Part shown: in pieces, positions 10,210 through 19,732 of the stretch
Layout of the letters: each line of letters starts with the position of its first letter
Position numbering within the stretch: position 1 is the stretch's first letter
Origin: an uncultured Candidatus Rokubacteria bacterium
Lineage (GTDB): Bacteria; Methylomirabilota; Methylomirabilia; Rokubacteriales; DASRDR01
Reading direction: 5' to 3'
Length of the DNA: 64,000 nt
Assembly (NCBI GenBank): GCA_963805625.1
Contig: CAWDVE010000016.1
Span: forward strand, 160,001 to 224,000
The notes under the pieces: generated by a model
What the model was told of the DNA's origin: nothing
The model's database searches: none
What the model saw: only the letters and a program-made list of their open reading frames with translations
Translations under genes and position numbers: made by a program

Positions 10210-11244
10210 TCAGGCGAAACGCCAGCCGTCGAGTGCGGCCGGGTCGTCGGGCCGGATGCGGAGCGGGAGATCGTGCGGGGCGAGGATCCCAGCGTCGATC
10301 AGGGGCTCGAGCCCCGCCGCCAGGGCGAGCGGCCGCGAGAGGCGCGGCATCAGGGGGAGACGGTCGGCCCAGGGGCTTGCCCTGGCCGGCAGCTGCGGCC
10401 CTTCGCCGTCAGGCGTCCACACGCGAAGGTCGGGCTCGCGGCCGACCCGGCGAGCGAGGATCGGCACCTGCGTCCAGAGCGTGCGCGGGCGCGCCGGCGG
10501 GATCGGCTCGGCGAATCCTGACACCACGTCCCACCAGAGCAGCTCCGCCAGCGGGTGCGGGCGGCGCGCGGAGCGCGCGGCCGGCCGCGCGGCTCGCTTC
10601 CATGTGAGCGTGACGGCCAGCGACCGGCGTCGGCACACGACCGCGTGCGGTGTCCGGGCGGGCAGGTGGAACAGCGTGCCGGCCTCGAGGTCGAAGGTGC
10701 GCCATCCCGGCTGACGGCCGCTCCTGGGCGGCCGGTCCTCGAGCTCTTCGGGGGTGCCTGGCGGCACCCGGGGCCCGATGGTCACCGTCCTTCGCCCCTC
10801 GAGCTGGAGCCAGAACGCATCGACCTCCCCGTCGTGGTGGAGCCCCATGCCCGCCCGCCCCGCCCCCTCGACGACGAACAGGAACGAGCACTCCTCCCGG
10901 GCGTCGCCCGCTGCCGGCGTGAAGAAGGCGTTCCGGAGGCTGACCATGAGCCGCATCAGGCGCGGCAGTACCTGGTGCACCTGCGGGAGATAGGCCGTCT
11001 GCCCGGACGCCAGGGCGGCCGCGAGACGCCGCGGGTCCCCCGACCGGTCGACCTGGCGCTCCGCCGCGATCTGGAATGGAAGCCCGCTGCCGGCCATCCT
11101 GACGCACGCGGCAAAGTCGGGAGCGATGGCGCGCCAGGCCTGATCGCGCGGCGGGAGGACGACCGGCACGCGACCAAGGGCTCGCCGGTGGAACGCTGCC
11201 AGTGCGCGGTCGCCGGGAAACCAGCTTCCCAGCGGCGACACCAC
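10210..11244 (-). CDS. JmjC/cupin-fold putative 2-oxoglutarate/Fe(II) oxygenase (start uncertain)
   Basis: GLHHDGEVDAFWLQLEGRRTVTI (HxD) and LEAGTLFHLPARTPHAV (distal His). Confidence 0.7.
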   Translation of the reverse strand: MVSPLGSWFPGDRALAAFHRRALGRVPVVLPPRDQAWRAIAPDFAACVRMAGSGLPFQIAAERQVDRSGDPRRLAAALASGQTAYLPQVHQVLPRLMRLMVSLRNAFFTPAAGDAREECSFLFVVEGAGRAGMGLHHDGEVDAFWLQLEGRRTVTIGPRVPPGTPEELEDRPPRSGRQPGWRTFDLEAGTLFHLPARTPHAVVCRRRSLAVTLTWKRAARPAARSARRPHPLAELLWWDVVSGFAEPIPPARPRTLWTQVPILARRVGREPDLRVWTPDGEGPQLPARASPWADRLPLMPRLSRPLALAAGLEPLIDAGILAPHDLPLRIRPDDPAALDGWRFA

Positions 11245-11482
11245 CGCGCGTCGAGGATCGAGCCGGCCAGGAGTCACGCGAGTCGGTGCCCGGATCGAGC
11301 CATCATGCCGCAGGATAGGGGAGACACGTGCCGCGAACAACCCGCGGGGCCTGTCGCGGCTTCCCGGGCGTCTGGCCCCGATCGGCGGGGTGGACGCGGG
11401 GCGGCGACCGCGGTAGAGAGGAAGGGCTATTCGTGCCGGCATCCCGTCGGCTTCCCGTCACCCTCCATCCCGCGGAGGTCCA

Positions 11483-11995
11483 ATGATCGTCGAAGGCAAG
11501 CTCGCCAGCCTGGGGCTCCCACTCCCCGACCTCGAGGCCGACTACCGCAAGAATCGATCAGGCGCGCGGTTCGTCTCGCACCGCGCCGTGGGCTCGCTCC
11601 TGTACCTGTCCGGCACCGTGCCGATCCGCGACGAGGAGCCGTATCTCCCGGGCCTGCTCGGCGGCGGGCTCACGATCCAGGAAGGGTACGAGGCGGCGCG
11701 CTGGGCGCTGGTCCAGGCGCTGTCGGCCGTGAAGTACGCGCTCGGTGACCTGGACCGATTCGATACCGCGATCCACCTGACCGGCTACGTGAACTCGGCG
11801 CCGGGCTTCGCCGACCAGCCGCGGGTCATCAACGGAGCGACCGACCTGCTCGTCGAGCTCTACGGGGAGCGGGGCAAGCCCACTCGGGCGGCGATCGGGT
11901 GCCACGGCCTGGCCCTGAACTCCTCGGTCGAGCTCGTGCTCGTCCTCAGCTTCACGGGCGCCGACGTGCGCCCGCCGCTCGGCCGGGACCGCTGA
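11483..11995 (+). CDS. RidA/YjgF family protein
   Basis: LYLSG, GYVNSAPGFADQPRVINGATDLL, TRAAIG, SVEL; GGAGG RBS. Confidence 0.88.
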   Translation: MIVEGKLASLGLPLPDLEADYRKNRSGARFVSHRAVGSLLYLSGTVPIRDEEPYLPGLLGGGLTIQEGYEAARWALVQALSAVKYALGDLDRFDTAIHLTGYVNSAPGFADQPRVINGATDLLVELYGERGKPTRAAIGCHGLALNSSVELVLVLSFTGADVRPPLGRDR

Positions 11996-11997
11996 GC

Positions 11998-12025
11998 CCG
12001 CTGACCGGCCGGCGCCGGTCAGCGG
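11998..12025 (+). terminator. GC-rich hairpin directly after the RidA gene (possible terminator or mRNA stabiliser)
   Basis: Perfect 12-bp stem CCGCTGACCGGC / GCCGGTCAGCGG with a 4-nt loop; no U tract. Confidence 0.35.
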
Positions 12026-12258
12026 AGGAGCCCCTAGCCGGGTCACCGCCTGCTCGCCCGCGTGAGGAAGACTCCCGTCCGCCAGGAGCCCCGCCATCGG
12101 TCAGGAGCGAGGCCCCGCGGACCAGGCGGCGGGCCGGCGCCGGGGCCGGGCTGCCGGTAAGGGCTGCCGTCACCCGCTCCCGGCACCAGACAGGCGCACC
12201 CGGGCGGCGCGGCCCGAACACGCCAGGTATAATGCGGAGATTCGGCGGGAGGCGACGC

Positions 12259-12891
12259 GTGCCAGGGCAGATCCAGTCGTGGTTCAAGGTCCGGTTCTTC
12301 ACCGGTGTTTTTGTCACGTTGCCGGTGGTGCTGACCGCCTGGGTCTTCTGGCTCTTCTACTCGTCGGTCGACGACTTCATGGCCCCCCTCTACGAGCACC
12401 TCCTCGGGCGGCACCTGCCCGGGCTCGGCTTCCTTACTGCGGTCCTCATCATCTTCTGCGTCGGTGTGTTCGCCACCAACGTCGTCGGGCGGCGGATCCT
12501 GCAGTGGGCGGAGCGCGTGATCCGCTACATCCCGCTCGTCCGTCGCGTCTATCCGACGGTCAAGGACTTCGTGGACGCGTTCTCACCGAATCGCCGGTCC
12601 GGCTTCCGCGAGTTCGTCGTCGTCGAGCATCCGCGTGACGGAGCGTACTCGTACGGGTTCCTGACCGGCGACGTGCGCATCGAGGGGACGAAGCCCGACG
12701 CGCTCGCGTCGGTCTACGTGCCGACGAACCACCTCTACCTGGGCGACATCGTCCTCGTGCCACGGGACGCGGTCGTGTCGACGGGACTGTCCGTCGAGGA
12801 CGGCATCCGAATCATTCTCTCGGCCGGCACGGCGGCGCCGCGCCGGATCCCCCTCGAGGGAGACGGTGGGCTCGGCGCCGCCGCAACGTGA
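12259..12891 (+). CDS. DUF502 domain membrane protein
   Basis: FFTGVFVTLPVVLT, IPLVRRVYPTVKD, VYVPT, LSVEDGIRIILSAG. GTG start after GGAGG; TATAAT at 12228-12233. Confidence 0.85.
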   Translation: MPGQIQSWFKVRFFTGVFVTLPVVLTAWVFWLFYSSVDDFMAPLYEHLLGRHLPGLGFLTAVLIIFCVGVFATNVVGRRILQWAERVIRYIPLVRRVYPTVKDFVDAFSPNRRSGFREFVVVEHPRDGAYSYGFLTGDVRIEGTKPDALASVYVPTNHLYLGDIVLVPRDAVVSTGLSVEDGIRIILSAGTAAPRRIPLEGDGGLGAAAT

Positions 12892-12913
12892 CGCTTCCAA
12901 GGAGACCAGCGCC

Positions 12914-13450
12914 ATGAAGTTTCTCTGCATCGCGTGCGACCAGGCCATGCGGCTCTCGGGAACGGGGGGGCCGGACGCGGGCTCGCTCACCGTCACCTTC
13001 ACCTGCCCAGCCTGCGGTCACCGGGTGGCCATGCTGACGAATCCCTGGGAGACGCAGATGGTCCGCACGCTGGGTGTGAAGGTCGGCGGCGCCCCCGCCG
13101 AGTCGCCCGCTCCGTTCGCCGCCGTTCGGGCCGGTCTAGCGCACCAGCGGGAAGGGGGGCTCGTCGCCGAGGCGCCTGATCCCGGGAGCGGGTCCCTGGC
13201 CACCGCGGCGGCAGGCGTTCCCGCGACGGACGGGCCCGGCTGTCCCTTCGCGGCGATGATTGGCGGGACCGGGGCAACCGCGGCAGCCACCGTCGCCTGG
13301 ACTGTCGACGCTGCGGGGCGCCTCGAGCGCATCCCGGCCTTCATCCGCCCGATGGCCCGACAGGCGATCGAGCGGTTCGCGCAGGAACGGGGCTATTCGA
13401 CGGTGACCGACGAGGTCATGGACCAGGCGCGCGACTTCATGGGGATGTAG
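12914..13450 (+). CDS. Protein with N-terminal CxxC/CxxC motifs and a C-terminal PCP_red-like domain
   Basis: CIAC...CPAC, GCPF, then WTVDAAGRLERIPAFIRPMARQAIERFAQERGYSTVT (PCP_red consensus W..EA..RL..IP.FVR). Confidence 0.75.
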   Translation: MKFLCIACDQAMRLSGTGGPDAGSLTVTFTCPACGHRVAMLTNPWETQMVRTLGVKVGGAPAESPAPFAAVRAGLAHQREGGLVAEAPDPGSGSLATAAAGVPATDGPGCPFAAMIGGTGATAAATVAWTVDAAGRLERIPAFIRPMARQAIERFAQERGYSTVTDEVMDQARDFMGM

Positions 13451-14366
13451 ACGGGGGCTCCGCCTCCTCGGGCTCGAGATCCAGGACGTCCACCGGGAGC
13501 AGGTGGAAGCGCTCGCTGGCCCAGGCGGGGGGCCGACCGGCCAGCAGGATCTGCCGGAACGCAGCCAGAGTCGCATTCTGCGGAATCTCGGGGTGGCCGT
13601 CGAGCGCGGCCCAGAACTCCTCCGGCTCGTCGTGCGCCCACCGTGAGACCCGGGCCACCGTCGCGAAGAATCGGCGCACCTTCCGCTCGACGGCGCGCTC
13701 GACGGTGGGCCGGGCGAGCGTGGTGGCGAGCTGGGCGACCGCACCCATGAGGGGCGTGTCGAGCCGCATGTGCCCGGTGACGCTCGCCTCTACGCGGGTG
13801 CCCCCCGCCGGGTCGTCCTCGTGCTGGAACTCGATCATCACGAGCATCCGTCCCTGGATCGTGGGGAGCCCGCGCGTCTCGTACATCCCGTCCAGGTGGT
13901 AGAGACGCCGGCCCTCGTCCGCATAGAGCACCCGGATCATGCCGCGGGCGCCCCGGCTGTCGTCGCCCCAGAAGCCGTCGTCCCGCGCCTCCACCTGGTA
14001 TTTCCCGAGCCGGAGGGCGCGGGCGACGGCGGCGGCGAAGTCCGGGTGGTCGAGCAGGAAGCGGAAGACCGGCTCGCGGCTCCGGCTGCGGAGCCCGGTG
14101 ACCCGCTGGGAGAACAGGCTCGTTCCGAGCACGGCCTCGGCGAGCCCGCGAGCCTCGTCATCGAGGCGGGCGAGCGGGACACCGAGCGGTAGCGCGTCGA
14201 GCGTCACGATCGGACCCGTCGGATCGCGAGGCGACTCGACAGGCTCCGCGCCGACGCCGCGCGCGCTTACGGCCAGTGCCGCGACGGCCAGGAGCACGAG
14301 GCCGAGCCGGATTCGGCCGGGCGCTGGCGGGCGATACCGGACCGGGGGTGGGGGGCTGACGGGCAT
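13437..14366 (-). CDS. Hypothetical exported protein
   Basis: Signal-peptide-like segment (LGLVLLAVAALAVSARG) followed by a globular region with natural composition; start uncertain. Confidence 0.6.
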   Translation of the reverse strand: MPVSPPPPVRYRPPAPGRIRLGLVLLAVAALAVSARGVGAEPVESPRDPTGPIVTLDALPLGVPLARLDDEARGLAEAVLGTSLFSQRVTGLRSRSREPVFRFLLDHPDFAAAVARALRLGKYQVEARDDGFWGDDSRGARGMIRVLYADEGRRLYHLDGMYETRGLPTIQGRMLVMIEFQHEDDPAGGTRVEASVTGHMRLDTPLMGAVAQLATTLARPTVERAVERKVRRFFATVARVSRWAHDEPEEFWAALDGHPEIPQNATLAAFRQILLAGRPPAWASERFHLLPVDVLDLEPEEAEPPSTSP

Positions 14367-14474
14367 GACAAGCGCTCCCACGGCTACCCTACCACGGCGC
14401 CGGGGGGCCCGGTCCCGGGCCGTCGCCATTTCGTACGGGGTCGGGCCCCCCCCGCTGTTACAATGACGCCTCAT

Positions 14475-15398
14475 ATGGCTCTTCGAAACGGTTTCGCGGT
14501 TCGCGGGCTCGGTTTTGTGGTCGCGCTCGGGCTTGCCCTGGCGATGTTGCAGCCGGCGGCGGCCTCGACCGCGAGCACCCCCGGCGGGGCTCCGGTGGGC
14601 AACGTGCCGGTCTCGGCCGAGGCGGTCGTGCTCCTCGACCTCGAGACGGGCAAGGTGCTCTTCGAGAAGAACGCCGAGGAGGACCGCGCACCGGCGAGCC
14701 TCGTGAAGATGATGACCCTCTACATCGCCTACGACGAGCTCCGCGCGGGGCAGGTGAAGCGGGGCGAGCCGGTGACGATCGGCCCGAACGTGATGCGGAC
14801 GCCGCGATTCCGGATCGGGCTCGCCACCGGCCAGATCGTGCCGTTCGAGACGCTGCTCGCGGCCGTCGCCATCGCGTCCGCGAACGACGCCGCGACCGCC
14901 GTCGCGGAGCGTCTGGCGATGAACGAGGAGAGGTTCGTCGAGCGCATGAACGTCGAGGCGGAGCGCCTGGGGCTCACCCACACCGTGTTCGCCAACCCGC
15001 ACGGGCTGCCGGACGCCCGTCAGCGGACGACGGCGCGGGACATGGCCGCCCTGGCGGAGCATCTCCTCCGGGATTTCCCCGAGAGCCGCGTCCTCCTCGG
15101 TGACTCGGACTTCGTGTGGCGAGGGCGAATCTTCCGGCGTCGGATCCCGCTCTTCCGGGATCCGGGGGGCGTGACGGCGCTCAAGACCGGGTTCACGCTG
15201 GAGGCGGGCTACAACATCGCCGTGGCCGCCGGGCGTGCGGGCCAGCGGCTGCTCTGCGTGGTGCTGGGGGCCGAGACGCGGGGCCTGTCGTTCCTCGACG
15301 CCGGCCGGCTCCTCAAGTTCGGGTTCGGCGAGCCGCTCGGCAACTCGGGGCGCACCGGCCGCCACTGGCGGGTGCGCGGTCGCGCAGTCCCCCACTAG
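14475..15398 (+). CDS. D-alanyl-D-alanine carboxypeptidase (peptidase S11)
   Basis: PASLVK (SxxK), SAN, NPHGL and KTGFT motifs; signal peptide; TGTTACAAT upstream. Confidence 0.92.
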   Translation: MALRNGFAVRGLGFVVALGLALAMLQPAAASTASTPGGAPVGNVPVSAEAVVLLDLETGKVLFEKNAEEDRAPASLVKMMTLYIAYDELRAGQVKRGEPVTIGPNVMRTPRFRIGLATGQIVPFETLLAAVAIASANDAATAVAERLAMNEERFVERMNVEAERLGLTHTVFANPHGLPDARQRTTARDMAALAEHLLRDFPESRVLLGDSDFVWRGRIFRRRIPLFRDPGGVTALKTGFTLEAGYNIAVAAGRAGQRLLCVVLGAETRGLSFLDAGRLLKFGFGEPLGNSGRTGRHWRVRGRAVPH

Positions 15399-15425
15399 CC
15401 TCCGGCGTCGTGCTGCCGGCGGGGC

Positions 15426-15884
15426 CTACTCGGGCTCGACGGCCCGCCGGACGATGCGACCCTCCCCGTCCACGTAGAGGAGGACCAGCTCGTACTGGTT
15501 GAGGCGGTCGCCTCGATCCTCACCGTAGTAGCGGTTCGGATTCACATCGACGACCACGGCGCGCCGGTAGACCAGCACCGGGCCGACATCCGATGAGCGG
15601 ACCTCATGGGGGGGGCCGAATCGCTGGACCGCCTCGTCACGCGTGTTCACCGCGGCGAGGTCATCCCCGGGGGTGAGCGGCGGCTGCCGGAGCGGCGCCA
15701 GCTGGGCGCACGCACCCAGGGCGAGGCCCATCGCCAGGAGCCCCAGGCGGCGCAGGGACTTCGCGCGCGGTAATGCTCCACCCTGGACATCGCGGGCTCC
15801 CGGGTCGCGAGGATGCGGCTCTGCCCCCCGGGGGGTCCCTCCCGCGCGATTCCGATGACCCCGGTGTTTGACGGTCGGCGACAT
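15426..15884 (-). CDS. Hypothetical small lipoprotein
   Basis: Lipobox LALGAC; TRDEAVQRFGPP resembles SmpA/BamE-like proteins. Start uncertain (TACAAT and GAGGTG precede ATG 15884). Confidence 0.55.
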   Translation of the reverse strand: MSPTVKHRGHRNRAGGTPRGAEPHPRDPGARDVQGGALPRAKSLRRLGLLAMGLALGACAQLAPLRQPPLTPGDDLAAVNTRDEAVQRFGPPHEVRSSDVGPVLVYRRAVVVDVNPNRYYGEDRGDRLNQYELVLLYVDGEGRIVRRAVEPE

Positions 15885-16000
15885 GGCACCTCATTGTACG
15901 GGCTTGGGTCGGAGGCCGGCAAGGCTGCGGCCGCGGCGGGATGGGTCGGCTCGACGGGCCGTCCGGCGCGTCCGCGAGACGGGACGTGGAGGAGGGGGGC

Positions 16001-16644
16001 ATGCAGGTGCCTTCTGTTCGACGCGTACGGCACCCTGTTCGATGTCCACTCGGTCGTGGAGGCCGGGCGGGCCGTCACGAGTGATCCCCAGGCGCTGTCC
16101 GTGCTCTGGCGGCAGAAGCAGCTCGAGTACACATGGCTCCGGAGCCTCATGGGGCGCTACGAGGACTTCTGGGCCATGACGGAGTTGGCGCTCACCTTCG
16201 CGTGCCGGCGCCTGGGGTTCGAGGTGAGCGCAGCCGAGCGGCGGCGTCTGATGGACGCCTACCTCGCGTTCGATGCCGAGGTGCGCGAGGCGCTCGTCCG
16301 GCTACGGGACCTGCCGTCATTCTCTCGAACGGCGCGCCGCGCATGCTCGAGGCGGTCGTCGCCCACAGCGGCCTCGGCGAGCACCTCCGCGCGGTCATCA
16401 GCGTCGACCAGGTGCGAACCTACAAGCCCCTTCCGGCCGTCTACGCTCTCGGTCCCGCCCGGCTCGGGCTCACCCGCGACACCATCGGCTTCGTGTCGCC
16501 GAACGCCTGGGATGTCGCCGGGGCCAAGGCGTTCGGCTTCCGGGTCGGGTCAACCGTCTGGCGGCGCCGCTCGACGAGCTCGGCGTGAGCCCGGACCTCG
16601 AGGTGCGCGACCTCACGGAGCTGGCCGAAGCGCTCGGGCGCTGA
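16001..16644 (+). pseudogene. Haloacid dehalogenase type II, split over several frames (pseudogene or indel errors)
   Basis: FDAYGTLFDV and WRQKQLEYTW in one frame; ILSNG, YKP and NAWDVAGAKAFG in a second; VNR...DELGVSPDLEV in a third. Confidence 0.8.
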
Positions 16645-16658
16645 GGATCGGCGGCGCG

Positions 16659-17276
16659 CTACTCACGAGCCTTGCGGGCGCGGGCGGCCTGCATCGTCTC
16701 GCGAGGCCACCTGCCGAAGCGCTCCTCGAGCCACGGATTCCCGCGCATGTGGTAGCCGTGGCCCTCCCAGAATCCGGGGCGATCCTGGTCCATCAGCTCG
16801 AACCCGGTGACCCACTTCGCGCTCTTCCAGAAGTAGAGGCGCGGGACGACCAGGCGCACCGGGCCGCCGTGCTCGGCCGGCAGGGGGCTGCCGTCGTGGT
16901 GCGTGGCGAGCACGACGTCGTCCTCGAGGAGGGCCTCGAGCGGCAGGTTGGTCGTGTAGTCGGGCTCGGCGTGGACCACGACGTAGCGGGCTCCCGGGCG
17001 GGGCCGCACCTCGGCCAGGAGGTCGCGAGGCCGGACTCCGCGCCACCGGTTGTCGAGGCGACTCCAGCGAGTCACGCAGTGGACGTCCGATTGGCTCTCC
17101 ACCGGGGGCAGGGCCGAGAACTGCATCCACGTCCATTCGCGCGGGATCTCGACGGCGCCGAAGATCCGGAATCGCCACCGGGCTGTGTCGACGCGCGGAG
17201 TGTCCCCGTACGTGAGCACCGGCCACTTGACCGTGAGGGTCTGACCGGGCGGCAGGCGCTCGTGCGGGGCGGTCAT
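16659..17276 (-). CDS. Sulfite oxidase-like molybdopterin oxidoreductase
   Basis: RLPPGQ, DVHCVTRWS, YTTNLPL, EHGGPVRLVVP.LYFWKSAKW, GFWE..GYH. Confidence 0.9.
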   Translation of the reverse strand: MTAPHERLPPGQTLTVKWPVLTYGDTPRVDTARWRFRIFGAVEIPREWTWMQFSALPPVESQSDVHCVTRWSRLDNRWRGVRPRDLLAEVRPRPGARYVVVHAEPDYTTNLPLEALLEDDVVLATHHDGSPLPAEHGGPVRLVVPRLYFWKSAKWVTGFELMDQDRPGFWEGHGYHMRGNPWLEERFGRWPRETMQAARARKARE

Positions 17277-17295
17277 GGGTTCGGCTCGCCGCGTT

Positions 17296-18876
17296 TCAGG
17301 CCCCGCCCGGGCGAAGCGGCTCGAGGGCGGGCGGAGCCACCGGGAGAGCCCGTGGCGCCTGGCGGCGCGCGGCCGGGCCGAGCGCCGTGACGAAGATCGC
17401 CTCCTTGCCCGCTGCGTCCGGCTCGAAGAATTGCACGACCTCGTCGTCGTAGAAGGTCAGCCCCGTGGCCCCGAGCCCGAACCCGTACGCGCCGAGGTAC
17501 AGCCGGCCACCGAGGAACCCGGCGGCCAGGTTGACGGCCCGGTAGCCGCGGCTCCCCCAGCGCGCCAGAACTGGGTCGAGGTCGGAGAGGAAGAACGCGA
17601 CGGCGCTGGCGTCCGCCCCGAGCGGTTGCTCCAGGCAGAGCTCGCCGCCCTCCTGCCGGAACTCACCAGGCTTCAGGAACTGGAGGGCCCGCGCCTCCGG
17701 ATCCCACACATAGGCGCCCGAGGCGAGGTCCTCGACGGCGTGGATCAGAAGGTAGGTCTCGACGAGGGCGTCGGTCTGGCCGAGGTCGAGCGGGAGCGGG
17801 CGCAGGGCCGCGTCCAGGATCGCCTTGAGCCGGGTGCCCGCGATCAGGTCCCGCCGGAACTCCCGGGTCGATCCCCGCCGGAGGATCGTCTCGCCGAGCG
17901 CCAGGGACGGCTCGCGCACCGGGGCGCCGGGGCCGGAGGCCGCTTCCTCGGCGTGGGCGAGCCAAGCCCGCGCCGCCGCCCCGTCCGGAAGGCTCGAGGC
18001 CTCGTAGGCTGCGCGAACCAGCGGGTAGTCGTCCTCGTGCGGCGAGAGAGGCAGCGAGGGGAGCGCAAGCGGCGGGGCCGCGGGGCTCGGTGGGGCAGGC
18101 CCGGCCCCACGGCCGAGCGGCACCAGGGTGAGACTGCCCTCCTGGGCCGCGTCGAAGCCGAGGAGGGCGTTCACCAGGGGATCCGCGAACCCGAGCAGCA
18201 CCCGGGCCGGGACGTCAATGGCCACTGCGGTCGCGAGGAGGTTCGCCAGCAAGGTGCCGGCGTCCCAGAAGAAATGCCGGAACGCCCGCGACCGGTACTT
18301 CCAGGTGTTCCGCCAGTGAATCGCCGTGAGGATCGCAGTGGCCGGCGCGTCCGCGACGAGGTCTCCCCGGCCCGTCGCCTCCGCGAGCGCCGCGCGGTGA
18401 TCGCCCGCGCGGAGGCGACGCAGCATGAAGTCCCCGGGACAGAAGTGGTAGACGCCCGGTTCGAGCCCCGCGACGGTCCCGGCCACGACGTAGACCTCGG
18501 TCTGATAGAGAGCGCCGGTCGACGCCGCCGCGCGGAAGTGGATGGTCTCGCCGCCAGGGTAGACCTTCCGTTTGGTGAGCCCCGCCGAGAAGAAGAGGAG
18601 CTGCGCCAGGGCGATGATGTCGATGACCGCCTGCCCGGTCGACACGGCCCCGCGCGCGACCGCCTCGAGAGCAGGGAGCGTGGGCGGCGGCACCTCTCGG
18701 GGCAGCGGCACCGCCGGCGCGTCGGGGTATACCTTGAAGAGGAAGGGCTTGTTCGCCCAGTCGAGCGCGTGGCGATCGCTCCGGACGCTCGCTCGCGAGT
18801 GCTTCGTCGCCCGATGATAGGCGCGGGCGTCGCCAGGGCTCTCCGGGATCCGGCCCGTCGGGGCCGGGTGGGTCAC
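17296..18876 (-). CDS. SagB/ThcOx family dehydrogenase (tandem nitroreductase domains)
   Basis: YHRATKHS...LDWANKP, RAAASTGALY, WKYRSRAFRH, second domain RRGSTREF...YRAVNL.AG...GATGLTFYDD. GTG overlaps the upstream stop. Confidence 0.88.
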   Translation of the reverse strand: MTHPAPTGRIPESPGDARAYHRATKHSRASVRSDRHALDWANKPFLFKVYPDAPAVPLPREVPPPTLPALEAVARGAVSTGQAVIDIIALAQLLFFSAGLTKRKVYPGGETIHFRAAASTGALYQTEVYVVAGTVAGLEPGVYHFCPGDFMLRRLRAGDHRAALAEATGRGDLVADAPATAILTAIHWRNTWKYRSRAFRHFFWDAGTLLANLLATAVAIDVPARVLLGFADPLVNALLGFDAAQEGSLTLVPLGRGAGPAPPSPAAPPLALPSLPLSPHEDDYPLVRAAYEASSLPDGAAARAWLAHAEEAASGPGAPVREPSLALGETILRRGSTREFRRDLIAGTRLKAILDAALRPLPLDLGQTDALVETYLLIHAVEDLASGAYVWDPEARALQFLKPGEFRQEGGELCLEQPLGADASAVAFFLSDLDPVLARWGSRGYRAVNLAAGFLGGRLYLGAYGFGLGATGLTFYDDEVVQFFEPDAAGKEAIFVTALGPAARRQAPRALPVAPPALEPLRPGGA

Positions 18877-19139
18877 CCGCGGAGTCGCGGCCGTGGCGCC
18901 GGCCCTGCGCCCGGGGAACGCGGCTTGACTGCGGCCGCGGCCGCGCGGGACGTCTCTCGGAACGCGGTAGGATCGCGGTCTACCTTCCCCCCGACCGGCG
19001 TGCCGCACTGCTGGCACACGTAGTCGTACTTGTTGCCGGTCGGCAAGACCAGGAGGAGCTTCTTGCGGACCGGCACTGCGCGGCGGCAAGTGGCGCAGAA
19101 CAGGCTCTCGGCCTCGAACTCGCGGTAGGCGTCGGTCAT
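18873..19139 (-). CDS. Small zinc-ribbon protein
   Basis: CATC...CQQC; TACAAT 6 nt upstream of the ATG; coupled to the SagB-like gene. Confidence 0.75.
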   Translation of the reverse strand: MTDAYREFEAESLFCATCRRAVPVRKKLLLVLPTGNKYDYVCQQCGTPVGGKVDRDPTAFRETSRAAAAAVKPRSPGAGPAPRPRLRG

Positions 19140-19211
19140 GAGTTCATTGTAGCCCGGTCGCGCGCGCTCCGCCGCCGGCCGCTACCGGATGCCTCCCGTG
19201 GCCCGCGCTCC

Positions 19212-19510
19212 TCAGCTCTGGCGTGGGGTCAGGGCGAGCATCCGGAGCGGCGACCCCGAGGCTCCGCGGATGCGAAGGGGCGGGACCACGAGGCAGAAGA
19301 GGTGGACGCGGGCCGTGCCGAGCTCCTCCAGGTTTGCGTTCTCCACGAGGTAGATGCCGTTGTCCGCGATCATGAGCATGTGGACGGGGAAGAGCTCCTT
19401 GCCGTTGACGGCGGGCCGCACCTCGTAGGTCGCGGTGTCCGTGCCGGTGAGCCGCGCGCCCTGGGCGACCAGCCACCGCCCCGCATCCACGCCTGGCCCG
19501 GGGGCCCGGG
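19212..19510 (-). pseudogene. Cyclase/kynurenine formamidase family, C-terminal fragment only
   Basis: PGPGVDAGRWL...GTDT...PVH..MIADNGIYLVEN...PLRIRGASGSPLR. The N-terminal HxGTHxD metal motif is absent upstream. Confidence 0.7.
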
Positions 19511-19732
19511 TGACTTCTCGCCTAGATAGCGGGCGTTGTCCTAGGAATGTCCGGCGAGAGACGTCTCCCCCCGGGCCATCGGGCTCCACGCCGGGGCCCT
19601 GGGGACGGCCGTCAGCCTGCAGGCTCCCCGGGTCGTGTCGTTCCGCGCTGGGACTACCTGAGCTGCGCCCGGTCTCTGTGCTCATGTCGTCCCCCTCCGA
19701 GATCGGCCGGCGCCGGAGCTGGCCTGGACGGT

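Noticed and set aside
17296-19139. Azole-containing RiPP cluster
   Set aside because: No YcaO, E1-like protein or Cys/Ser/Thr-rich precursor in the window.
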